Origin: an uncultured Ignavibacteriota bacterium
Lineage (GTDB): Bacteria; Bacteroidota; Ignavibacteria; UBA10030; UBA8401
Assembly (NCBI GenBank): GCA_903861125.1
Contig: CAIOTF010000014.1
Span: forward strand, 54,497 to 118,496
DNA length: 64,000 nt
Reading direction: 5' to 3'
Each line of letters starts with the position of its first letter. Positions within the stretch are counted from its first letter, which is position 1. This document shows positions 28,221-37,988 of this stretch, piece after piece. Below the pieces are notes generated by a model. That model was not told the DNA's origin and did not search any database. It saw only the letters and a program-made list of their open reading frames with translations. The position numbers and the translations under genes are program-made.

Positions 28221-29320
28221 GTGTTGGCGGATCCTTTCCAGTCAAATTTCATAAGAACGCCAAGCGGAGCGATGCAAAAAGAATACAAGACCAGAAGAGT
28301 TTCATCTGCAGCGAATTCGGGGACGGAAAATTCTTCGCCTAATAATTTCTTGCCGTGTGAAATAAAAGCAGCATCCGCATTGAATTTAACCATCAAAGCA
28401 ATCAATGAGAAGAGTGGTGTAAAAAAAAATCCTGCGAACACAGCGAGGTGGAACAAATGGATCAGCGAATACATCAATTGAATTTTTTTCGGATAAAAAA
28501 TGCTTGCAGAGACATGCCGTGTGCGCTGGCTGACAAACTGTTTGAATGAAGCAGGTGGTACAGTACGGATATAGCTTTCAAGTGACGTCATATACCGGAT
28601 TTTCCACAGGGTCTTGCGCTGTACGAGCTGCAGGAACAAATCGTCATCTCCACTAATGGAATGTTTGATCTTTTCAAACCCGCCGACCTCTTCAAAAACT
28701 TCCCTGCGATATGCAAAATTTCTGCCTGTACACATAAATGCATTTTGCAGCCCGATCGCTGAAGCTGCAATCAACGAATTTTTAAATTCTTCGTACCGCA
28801 GGAAACTATTCGGCGCGGCAGGCATATACGGACTGTATCCGGCAACCACGCCAACATCGTTGGTAAAATTTTCTGAAATTTCATTCAACCAGTTTTTCGG
28901 TACAAGACAGTCAGCATCTGTGAATGCAAAAATGTTAAATTTGGATTGTGCGATGGCTGTGCGAAGTGCATTTTTTTTATGAGGCATGTCGCTGCTGTTC
29001 GATGTAATATTTATCGTCCGAACGTTACCATGCCGATGGGCGAATAATTCTGCTATTGATGCCGTCGAATCTGTCGATCGGTCGTTAACAACAAGAATTT
29101 CAAACTGTTCTGAAGGATATTTCTGCTCTACAAGCGATTGCAGCAGGGAGGAAATATTTTTTTCCTCATTCCTGGCCGCAACAATAACGGAAATTCCTTG
29201 ATGGCCATTGGTATGTTTCGGACTTGAAAGTCTTGTTAAGCCGAGCCACAATATGTAATGAATGCCAACATATACAGCACAGAGTGGGAGAAGGACCCAG
29301 AAATCAAATAGTTCAACCAT
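28217..29320 (-). CDS. Membrane-associated GT2 glycosyltransferase
   Basis: ISVIVAARNEEKNISSLLQSLVEQKYPSEQFEILVVNDRSTDST and a DxD region, flanked by TM segments. It is the first gene of the minus-strand operon. Confidence 0.7.
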   Translation of the reverse strand: MVELFDFWVLLPLCAVYVGIHYILWLGLTRLSSPKHTNGHQGISVIVAARNEEKNISSLLQSLVEQKYPSEQFEILVVNDRSTDSTASIAELFAHRHGNVRTINITSNSSDMPHKKNALRTAIAQSKFNIFAFTDADCLVPKNWLNEISENFTNDVGVVAGYSPYMPAAPNSFLRYEEFKNSLIAASAIGLQNAFMCTGRNFAYRREVFEEVGGFEKIKHSISGDDDLFLQLVQRKTLWKIRYMTSLESYIRTVPPASFKQFVSQRTRHVSASIFYPKKIQLMYSLIHLFHLAVFAGFFFTPLFSLIALMVKFNADAAFISHGKKLLGEEFSVPEFAADETLLVLYSFCIAPLGVLMKFDWKGSANT

Positions 29321-29433
29321 GAAAGAAAAATAGCCAAAGATTTGATGCTATTCAATACAATAGAAAATGTTTTGCAGAAAGCAAATAACAGGTAATTAGC
29401 GTTTGCTTTCTCGTTTTCTTCAATTATATTCAT

Positions 29434-30075
29434 TTGTCTAAAAAAGGAAAGAGAACGATGCGCCAATTAGTGATAGGAATTGCTGGAGGAACAGGGTCCG
29501 GAAAGACTTCAGTAACAAATAAAATTCTTGAACGATTGCATTTTACCGAGAATGTTGTTGTTATACAGCATGACTCCTATTATCGTGATCTCACGTCGTA
29601 TGGCGGACTGACACCCGATCATATCAATTTCGATCATCCGGATTCGCTCGAAACATCACTGCTGACAGAACACATAAAAAATCTGCGAAAAGGAAATGCT
29701 ATCGAGCAGCCGTTGTATAATTTTACAACGCATTCACGGATGAAAGAAACCCGTCATCTTGAACCGAAAGACATCATTATCATCGAAGGAATTTTGATCT
29801 TTGCATCCCTGGAACTGCGTAATCTGATGGATATAAAGATCTTTATTGACACCGATGCAGATGAACGCCTGCTGCGCCGTCTGAAACGTGATATCATAGA
29901 AAGGGGCCGTTCAATAGATTCTGTCATGAATCAATATGTTGCCACCGTGAAGCCGATGCATCTGGAATTTGTTGAACCAAGCAAGCGGTATGCCGATGTG
30001 ATCATACCGTCGGGAAGCGAGAATCTTGTCGGTATTGATATGGTAGCCGTGAAGATCGGAACCATGCTGAAATAA
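29434..30075 (+). CDS. udk: Uridine kinase
   Basis: P-loop VIGIAGGTGSGKTSV and VIQHDSYYRD. The true start may be the internal Met at about 29458. Confidence 0.85.
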   Translation: MSKKGKRTMRQLVIGIAGGTGSGKTSVTNKILERLHFTENVVVIQHDSYYRDLTSYGGLTPDHINFDHPDSLETSLLTEHIKNLRKGNAIEQPLYNFTTHSRMKETRHLEPKDIIIIEGILIFASLELRNLMDIKIFIDTDADERLLRRLKRDIIERGRSIDSVMNQYVATVKPMHLEFVEPSKRYADVIIPSGSENLVGIDMVAVKIGTMLK

Positions 30076-30218
30076 GGACTTTCCGGCCTGAATTTATGCA
30101 CATATTAATAATTATACATGCGGATTAAGAAAAGCTAACGTCCCAAAATTTTCTTTTTACTTTTCTAAAATTACTATATCTTCATCACGCGAATTCAATT
30201 GAAAGTTAACAACTGAGA

Positions 30219-31499
30219 ATGACTAGTAGAAGCAAACTATCGTATACGGGTCCTGCAGTACATCAGTCGTATAAAAAAACGACTCTCGCCAACGGCATTC
30301 GTGTTCTCAGCGAAGAAATTTCCTCAGTAAAATCTGCATCAATCGGCATTTGGATCGACACAGGCTCGTGTAATGAAACAGAACTCACCAATGGAATATC
30401 ACATTTCATCGAACACATGATGTTCAAAGGAACCGATAAACGTAATTACCAGCAGATCGCGCAAAGTCTGGAATCGGTCGGTGGTTACATGAACGCATTC
30501 ACGACCAAAGAGCATACCTGCTATTACGCCCGTGTGCTTGATGAATATGTGGAGAAGGCGGTTGATGTACTTTCAGATATGGTGCTGCATTCAATATTCC
30601 CCGTTAGGGAAATGGAGAAAGAAAAGACCGTAATTCTCGAAGAGATAAAACGTTCCGAGGATGACCCGGATGATCTGGTGCAGGAATATTTTGAGAAACA
30701 TTTGTTCGGCGGACATCCGTTTGCACGCCCTATCATCGGATCAGCGGAAAACGTTTCGCGGTTTACACGCGACAATCTCTTTGATTACACAAAGAAATTC
30801 TATACGAACAAAAATATCATTCTCGCAGCGGCCGGAAATATCACGCACGATCAAATGGTAAAACTCGCTGAAAAGTATCTGACGCAGAAGAGGACCGCCG
30901 GAGAAAAATTCAAAACATTTTCGGCAGTAAAACCGAAGCTGAATTCGCAGGAATATTCCAAGCCGATCCAGCAGGCGCATCTCTGCACCGGCACGATTGC
31001 CTTCAGCGTACACGATAAAATGCGTTATCCTGCGTTGGTGATGAATTCAGTTCTTGGCGATGGAATGAGTTCGCGTTTGTTCCAGCAGATTCGCGAGAAA
31101 CATGGATTGGCGTACAGCGTTTATTCGTTCCTGGGACTAATGAAGGATACCGGTTCATTCGGCATTTATCTCGGCACAGATAAAAAATCCGTTCAAAAAG
31201 CTCTTGATCTTTCCTACAAAGAACTGATAAAATTGAAAACAAAACTAATGGCAGCCTCTGAACTACAGAGGGCAAAGGCGCAGTTAAAGGGAAGTATGCT
31301 CTTAAGCCTGGAGAGCACATCGAACCGTATGATGCGTCTTGCCAATGGGGAATTATATTATGGAGAATACACTCCGCTTGATTCGATTGTAAAAAATATT
31401 GATTCCGTCACGATCGATGACGTTCAAGCCGTATCACATCAACTGTTCGATATTGAGAAATTTACCACCGTAATACTAAATCCGGAAATGAAAAACTAA
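30219..31499 (+). CDS. M16 family zinc peptidase (insulinase-like)
   Basis: Inverted zincin motif H-x-x-E-H (GISHFIEHMMFKGT) and a downstream Glu. Confidence 0.8.
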   Translation: MTSRSKLSYTGPAVHQSYKKTTLANGIRVLSEEISSVKSASIGIWIDTGSCNETELTNGISHFIEHMMFKGTDKRNYQQIAQSLESVGGYMNAFTTKEHTCYYARVLDEYVEKAVDVLSDMVLHSIFPVREMEKEKTVILEEIKRSEDDPDDLVQEYFEKHLFGGHPFARPIIGSAENVSRFTRDNLFDYTKKFYTNKNIILAAAGNITHDQMVKLAEKYLTQKRTAGEKFKTFSAVKPKLNSQEYSKPIQQAHLCTGTIAFSVHDKMRYPALVMNSVLGDGMSSRLFQQIREKHGLAYSVYSFLGLMKDTGSFGIYLGTDKKSVQKALDLSYKELIKLKTKLMAASELQRAKAQLKGSMLLSLESTSNRMMRLANGELYYGEYTPLDSIVKNIDSVTIDDVQAVSHQLFDIEKFTTVILNPEMKN

Positions 31500-31538
31500 A
31501 TTACCACAACAATTAACTTAAACAAGTGAGATGAAACT

Positions 31539-32654
31539 ATGATTATCGGGATTCCAAAAGAGATAAAAACAAATGAAAACCGTGTAGGATTTGTACCTGT
31601 CGGTGTCGAGACTCTGCGCCAATTCGGACACACCGTATTCGTCGAAACCAAAGCCGGAGTCGGCAGCGGTTTTGAAGATTCAGCATACATTGAAGCAGGT
31701 GCAAAGATCGCAAAGAATGCAAAGGAATTGTATCACAAAGCCGACATGATCATCAAAGTGAAAGAACCGATCAAACAGGAATATAACCTTATCCGCCGCG
31801 ATCAGATTGTTTTCACGTATTTCCATTTTGCTGCGAGCAAAGAATTGACCGTTGCAATGGTGAAATCGCAAGCTGTCTGTATTGCATACGAGACCGTACA
31901 GAAGGACGATGGTTCGCTGCCACTTCTTATTCCGATGAGTGAAGTTGCCGGACGTATGGCACCGCAGGAGGGAGCAAAATATCTTGAACGCACAATGGGC
32001 GGAAGAGGGATTTTACTCGGCGGAGTTCCTGGCACCGAACCTGCAAACGTAGTTGTTATCGGCGGTGGAATTGTCGGAACGCAGGCAGCAAAGATCGCCG
32101 CCGGTTTCGGCGCCAAGGTGACGATCCTTGACAATAATCTGTATCGTCTGCGACAGCTCGATGATTTTATGCCGAAGAACGTTACGACGATGATGAGCAA
32201 TGCATACAATATTCGTAAGATTATTCAAACTGCCGATCTCGTCATCGGTGCAGTGTTAATCCCTGGTGCTAAAGCGCCGAAACTGATCAAGAAAGAAATG
32301 TTGAAAACAATGAAGCCGGGCTCGGTGATTGTAGACGTTGCCGTAGATCAGGGCGGATGCATTGAAACATGTAAACCGACCACCCATGAGAATCCGACAT
32401 TTGTTATCGATAATGTGATCCACTACTGCGTGGCGAACATGCCGGGCGCAGTACCGTTCACATCAACGATCGCTTTGACAAATGCTACGCTGCCGTACGC
32501 AGTGGAACTGGCAAACAAAGGATGGGAAAAAGCGGTACAGCAGAATAAGGAATTGAAGCTCGGCTTGAATATGGTTGACGGTCTTATCACCTACAAAGGT
32601 GTGGCTGATGCGTTCAACATGAAATACACGCCGGTCGACACGATCCTCCGTTAA
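31539..32654 (+). CDS. ald: Alanine dehydrogenase
   Basis: MIIGIPKEIKTNENRVGFVPVGVETL... and the GGGIVGTQAAKIAAGFGAKVTILD Rossmann fold. 371 aa. Confidence 0.9.
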   Translation: MIIGIPKEIKTNENRVGFVPVGVETLRQFGHTVFVETKAGVGSGFEDSAYIEAGAKIAKNAKELYHKADMIIKVKEPIKQEYNLIRRDQIVFTYFHFAASKELTVAMVKSQAVCIAYETVQKDDGSLPLLIPMSEVAGRMAPQEGAKYLERTMGGRGILLGGVPGTEPANVVVIGGGIVGTQAAKIAAGFGAKVTILDNNLYRLRQLDDFMPKNVTTMMSNAYNIRKIIQTADLVIGAVLIPGAKAPKLIKKEMLKTMKPGSVIVDVAVDQGGCIETCKPTTHENPTFVIDNVIHYCVANMPGAVPFTSTIALTNATLPYAVELANKGWEKAVQQNKELKLGLNMVDGLITYKGVADAFNMKYTPVDTILR

Positions 32655-32666
32655 TATCCGATACAA

Positions 32667-32700
32667 AAACCTTCCGGAGAATCTCCGGAAGGTTTTTTAT
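32667..32700 (+). terminator. Intrinsic terminator after ald
   Basis: aaccttccggaga-at-ctccggaaggtt followed by a T-run. Confidence 0.55.
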
Positions 32701-32810
32701 TTTAAACAACCGGCAATTTTCCCCTTCCATTCTTGATTTTTTTTTGATACATTTGTTCAATGTTATATAAAGTAATTGTTTAACGCTCGACACAAATCTT
32801 TCTGATACCA

Positions 32811-34484
32811 ATGCCTAACGTAAAAATTACTCTTGACGGCGCTCAATACGAAGTAGATAATAAAAAGACGATCCTTGAAGCCGCGCGCGACAATAAGATC
32901 CATATCCCTCATTTTTGCTATCACGATAAACTTTCTGCATCCGGTAACTGCCGAATTTGTCTGGTCGAAGTCGAAAAAATGCCGAAACTTGCGATATCGT
33001 GCATGACGCAAGTAGCCGAAGGGATGATCATCAATACAAAGAATGAACGGGTCATTAATGCTCGCGAAGCAGTGATGGAATTCATTCTTATCAACCATCC
33101 ATTGGATTGTCCCATCTGCGACGAAGCAGGCGAATGCAAATTGCAGGATTACGCATACAAATACAGCAAAGGGTTTAGCAGATTTGTAGATACAAAGAAT
33201 CATAAAGAAAAACGCGTCGAGATCGGTCCGCGCGTGATGTTCGATGCAGAACGCTGCATATCATGCTCGCGATGCATCAGATTTTGCGATGAGATCGCCG
33301 GTGTTCATCAATTGCAATTTGTCAATCGCGGCGATAGAGTAACCATCCAAACATTCCCTGGCGAATCGCTGGATAATCCATATTCCATGAACGTGGTGGA
33401 TATCTGTCCTGTCGGTGCATTAACAAATAAAGATTTCCGTTTCAAATCGCGCGTATGGGAAATGTCATTTACCGATTCGGTCTGTCACGGTTGCGCACGG
33501 GGATGTAATATAGAGATCGGTGTGCGAAACAACGAAATTCTTCGTTTGAATCCGCGACGGAATGATGATGTGAACAGTGCATGGATGTGCGATCACGGCC
33601 GATTGAACACCTGGAAAAATGTAAACGCAGAGAATCGGATCAAATCTTCCAAAATCAGAAAAGAAGGTCAGTTGGTCGAAGTGGGTTGGGACGAAGCGAT
33701 CGCAAAAGCTGCGTCGGAATTGAAATCATTCGGTAAAAATGAGATCGCAGTGCTTGGTTCCGCTTTTGCCACTAACGAAGATAATTATGTCTTTGCTAAA
33801 TTTGCCCGTGAAGTTCTCGGCACCCGCAATATAGATTTCTGTCCTCATGTTGAAGGGACTGATGATGCCGTTCTTATTAGAGCTGATAAAACGCCGAACG
33901 CTTCCGGAGCAGAACTTGTAGGGATTGTTCCGCAAGAGAACGGAATGGATTTTCAGCAGATTATTTCCGCCATCAAAGCCGGAAAGATTAAAGCGTTGTA
34001 TTGTCTTGAAGATGACATTGCTTCAGTGCCTGGTATCGAAGATGCGTTATCGAATCTCGAATTTTTTGCCGTTCACGCGACCAATCACAGTAAAACAACA
34101 CAGTATGCTCATGTAGTTTTCGCAGCTTCAACCTATGCAGAAAAGAACGGTACCGTAACAAATTTCCAAAAACGTGTTCAGCGCGTTCGCCCTGCAGTGA
34201 CAACATTCGAGCAGGACCGGGCGTTGGATAATTTTGAAATGAGTCGTTGGGACAAATTTGCCGCACATAACGACAAATGGGGGAAAGGTCCCCGCCGTGA
34301 TGCACGTCCTTCATGGAAGATCATCACAAGTATTGCCGGTGTGATGGGAACGAAATATAAATTCAACAATGCCGACGATGTCTTCAATGAAATATGTCAA
34401 AAGATTGACGGTTTCAAAGGACTTTCATATTTAAAGGTGGGTGTAAAAGGTGCGGTTGTAAAACAAAATCATGTTGCAGTCTAA
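32811..34484 (+). CDS. nuoG: NADH-quinone oxidoreductase subunit G-like, short form (2Fe-2S and 4Fe-4S N-terminal domains, truncated molybdopterin domain)
   Basis: CYHDKLSASGNCRICLVEV, HPLDCPICDEAGECKLQD, CISCSRCIRFC. Only 557 aa. Confidence 0.8.
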   Translation: MPNVKITLDGAQYEVDNKKTILEAARDNKIHIPHFCYHDKLSASGNCRICLVEVEKMPKLAISCMTQVAEGMIINTKNERVINAREAVMEFILINHPLDCPICDEAGECKLQDYAYKYSKGFSRFVDTKNHKEKRVEIGPRVMFDAERCISCSRCIRFCDEIAGVHQLQFVNRGDRVTIQTFPGESLDNPYSMNVVDICPVGALTNKDFRFKSRVWEMSFTDSVCHGCARGCNIEIGVRNNEILRLNPRRNDDVNSAWMCDHGRLNTWKNVNAENRIKSSKIRKEGQLVEVGWDEAIAKAASELKSFGKNEIAVLGSAFATNEDNYVFAKFAREVLGTRNIDFCPHVEGTDDAVLIRADKTPNASGAELVGIVPQENGMDFQQIISAIKAGKIKALYCLEDDIASVPGIEDALSNLEFFAVHATNHSKTTQYAHVVFAASTYAEKNGTVTNFQKRVQRVRPAVTTFEQDRALDNFEMSRWDKFAAHNDKWGKGPRRDARPSWKIITSIAGVMGTKYKFNNADDVFNEICQKIDGFKGLSYLKVGVKGAVVKQNHVAV

Positions 34485-34500
34485 CCGATAGATTATAGTT

Positions 34501-35580
34501 ATGGAAATTTCACCAGTAATAGAAGCTCTTATTAAGATTATTGTAGTCATCTTTTTTATCCTTCTGCCGTGCGTTGCTTATCTCGGTGTTCAGTTGGAGA
34601 GAAAACTCAGCGCGTGGATCCAAAACAGGGTTGGTCCGAATCGTGTCGGTCCGTATGGACTGCTGCAGCCGCTTGCCGATATTCCGAAATTATTTTTCAA
34701 GGAAGATATTGTACCGGCTGCGGCGAATAAATTTGTTCATTCCCTCGGACCGCTCATTTCATTGACGATCGCATTTTCAACGTTTGCTGTTATGCCGTTC
34801 GGCGATACGCTACCTATTGTTGTCAATGGAGTGGTGCATAACATAAGTCTGCAAATTGCCAATGTAAATATCGGCGTGCTGTACGTTCTTGCACTTTCTT
34901 CACTTGCAGTGTACGGCATCACATTAAGCGGATGGTCGTCCAACAATAAATATTCTTTGCTCGGCGGTATTCGGTCTTCGGCGCAGATGATCAGTTATGA
35001 ACTTTCCCTTGGGTTATCGATTATCGGCATCGTGATGCTCAGCAACACGTTGCAGCTTAATGACATTGTAAAGGCGCAAAGTGGATATTATCTTTTTGGC
35101 TTTTTACCGAACTGGAATATCTTTGTGCAGCCGATCGGTTTCATCACCTTCTTTGTTGCGATGTTTGCGGAGACGAACCGTCTACCGTTCGATCTGCCCG
35201 AAGCAGAGCCGGAACTAGTTGCCGGATACCATACGGAATACACCGGAATGAAATTTGGAATGTTCATGCTTTCCGAATTCCTTGCTATGTTCGCGGCTGC
35301 AGGCATGATTACCACATTGTATCTTGGCGGCTGGCAGGCACCATATATTGAATATCTCAATCTGTCGCCGTTCGTTGTGAGTCTTGTTCAAGTTGGTGCA
35401 TTCTTCACGAAGTTTGCACTTATCGTAGTGTTCTTCATGATCGTCCGATGGTCCATGCCGAGGTTCCGCTATGATCAACTGATGAACATCGGATGGAAAG
35501 TGATGATTCCGCTCTCACTCCTGAACATCGCTCTTACTGGATTGTTTATTCTTAAACCTATTCACACTTGGTTCAATTAA
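34501..35580 (+). CDS. nuoH: NADH-quinone oxidoreductase subunit H
   Basis: QNRVGPNRVGPYGLLQPLADIPKLFFKED and an 8-TM profile. Confidence 0.9.
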   Translation: MEISPVIEALIKIIVVIFFILLPCVAYLGVQLERKLSAWIQNRVGPNRVGPYGLLQPLADIPKLFFKEDIVPAAANKFVHSLGPLISLTIAFSTFAVMPFGDTLPIVVNGVVHNISLQIANVNIGVLYVLALSSLAVYGITLSGWSSNNKYSLLGGIRSSAQMISYELSLGLSIIGIVMLSNTLQLNDIVKAQSGYYLFGFLPNWNIFVQPIGFITFFVAMFAETNRLPFDLPEAEPELVAGYHTEYTGMKFGMFMLSEFLAMFAAAGMITTLYLGGWQAPYIEYLNLSPFVVSLVQVGAFFTKFALIVVFFMIVRWSMPRFRYDQLMNIGWKVMIPLSLLNIALTGLFILKPIHTWFN

Positions 35581-35581
35581 T

Positions 35582-36097
35582 ATGAACGACGATAAACTAT
35601 TAGCAAAAAGTGAAGTGATCCGCGTAAAAGACCTTACGTTTTTACAACGGGCGTACGTCTTTGAGATTCTCAAAGGTATGTTCAAAGCGGCCAGACAGAT
35701 ATTCCAGCCATCATTCACGATAGAATATCCCGAAGTGAGATCAGAACGTGCAGCGTCGTTCCGCGGACGCCCTGTTCTTGTTGAAGAGAACGGCGTTGAG
35801 CGTTGTGTTGCGTGCGGATTATGCGCAAGGGTATGTCCGGCATTGGCGATTGAAGTGCAGGCGGCTCCTACGGAACTTGCGAAAGAACGATATCCCGAAA
35901 AATTTGAAATTAATATGACGCGCTGTATCTTCTGCGGATTCTGCGAAGAAGTTTGCCCTGAAGAAGCGATTATTATGAGCAATGAGTATGAACTTGCATT
36001 CTCCAGTCAGCAGGAATCGATCTTTGGCAAAGACAAACTGCTGAAATCGGCTGAAATAATGAAACCGCGGCTTGATTTTTTGCGCGATCACCGATGA
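35582..36097 (+). CDS. nuoI: NADH-quinone oxidoreductase subunit I (2x[4Fe-4S])
   Basis: CVACGLCARVCP and CIFCGFCEEVCP. Confidence 0.85.
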   Translation: MNDDKLLAKSEVIRVKDLTFLQRAYVFEILKGMFKAARQIFQPSFTIEYPEVRSERAASFRGRPVLVEENGVERCVACGLCARVCPALAIEVQAAPTELAKERYPEKFEINMTRCIFCGFCEEVCPEEAIIMSNEYELAFSSQQESIFGKDKLLKSAEIMKPRLDFLRDHR

Positions 36098-36203
36098 CCT
36101 CATAAGCAAATCGAATTATTTTGGAACTTTACAATGCGCTGGATATATTATCGGCGCATTGAAGTTTTAAACAAATTCAGTCATACTTCCGCAATAATAA
36201 AGG

Positions 36204-37775
36204 ATGTTCATCGTTGCAAGTCTTGCGCAAAGAACAGTTATGCTAACCACAGTATTTTCCGCAGCAACATACGGCATCAACGCCTACCTTATTGAAATCG
36301 AAACGAACATAGAAAACACTGTTCCAAATTTTTTCCTAGTCGGACTTCCGGACAATGCGGTGAAGGAATCGCGGGAACGTGTAGCAACTGCAATAAAGAA
36401 TTCTGCATACACATATCCGAATAAAAGAATCACCATTAATCTTGCACCAGCAGATGTAAAAAAGGAAGGCTCTGCATTCGATCTGCCGATTGCCATTGGT
36501 ATGCTGGGATCCAGCGGTCAGGTAAGAGAGGATCGGCTGAAAGAATTCATTATTCTTGGCGAACTTTCTTTGGAAGGAACTTTGAGACCAATCCACGGTG
36601 CGCTGCCTATTGCGGTAGAGATGAAGAAAAAAGGTATTCGCGGTGTTATTCTGCCGAAGCAGAACGCAAATGAAGCGGCGATGGTGGAAGGGATAGATGT
36701 GTATGGTGTTGAGACAATGACCGATGCTGTAGAGGTCCTTGAGGGAAAATCGGAGATCGAACCGCTGCGGCTCGATCTCCGAAAAGTATTTGCTGTGGAA
36801 CAAAAGTATCATCAGGATTTTTCCGACGTAAAAGGGCAGGAGAATGTGAAACGGGCGCTGGAAGTGGCTGCTGCAGGTGGCCACAATATTATTATGATTG
36901 GTCCTCCGGGATCAGGAAAGACAATGCTTGCACGCCGGTTGCCGAGCATCCTTCCACCAATGACATTTGAAGAAAGTATAGAGACGACGAAAATCCATTC
37001 TGTTTCCGGTTTACTCCCGCCCGGTTCGGCGCTTGTTGTGCAGCGTCCGTTCCGCTCTCCGCATCATACGATTTCCGATTCCGCACTTGTCGGCGGCGGT
37101 ACAATTCCTCGCCCCGGCGAGATATCTCTTTCACATCATGGCGTTTTGTTTTTGGATGAGCTTCCCGAATTTGCACGCAATGTGCTGGAAGTGATGCGCC
37201 AGCCGCTGGAAGATGGGAAAGTAACGATCAGCCGTTCAAAGATGTCGGTGGATTATCCGGCAAATTTCATGCTCGTTTGCGCTATGAATCCTTGTCCCTG
37301 TGGAAATTATGGGAATCCAAATCATGAATGTACATGTACGCCGATGATGATCCAGAAATATATGGCAAAGATCTCCGGTCCATTGCTCGACAGGATCGAT
37401 ATCCATATTGAAGTTCCTGCAGTGAAAGTGGTAGAACTCGCACAGAAGAAACAGGGAGAACCGTCGTAACACGTGCGAGATAGAGTGATGCATGCAAGAG
37501 AATTACAACTGAAACGGTTTACGGTACAGAAAAATCTCTTTTCCAATGCCGCAATGCAGTCAAAAGAAATACGTGAATTTTGCAGGATCGATCCGGCAGG
37601 TGAGGAATTGCTGAAAATGGCAATGACCAAACTCGGATTATCAGCTCGAGCATATGACAGGATCCTTAAAGTTTCACGAACGATCGCTGATCTTTCTGGC
37701 AGTGCAGAGATAGGGACAGAACATTTAAGCGAAGCGATCCAATATCGAAGTTTAGACAGGAATTTGTGGGTATAA
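36204..37775 (+). pseudogene. comM: YifB/ComM-family Mg-chelatase-like AAA+ ATPase reading frame interrupted by one in-frame TAA at 37467-37469 (421 aa N-terminal part plus 100 aa C-terminal part in the same frame)
   Basis: N-terminal Lon-like domain; P-loop GPPGSGKT; C-terminal Mg_chelatase_C-like LSARAYDRILKVSRTIADLSG. The ORF-track coordinates 36204 and 37473 differ by 1269, which is 3 x 423, so the two parts are in the same frame. Confidence 0.6.
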
Positions 37776-37988
37776 AGTTAGCAAAAAACCTTGCTTGGTT
37801 ATGAAAATTAGCTCTTACCTTGACAAAGGATTCCCTTCCGAAGTGATAAAACAATTGTAACAAAAGCATATTCTCGCTACATTCGTTGTAACTTCATTTC
37901 AATATTTTCGTAAACTCATCCCGCTATCGTGCTATTACTCTTAATCAATTTTTCATTGCTGCATATTCACAATCTTCAAGGAGATGAT

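Noticed and set aside
36098-36203. Inverted repeat caatgcgc...gcgcattg between nuoI and yifB
   Set aside because: An 8-bp stem without a U-tract. It could be a weak terminator or a binding site, but the evidence is not enough to annotate it.
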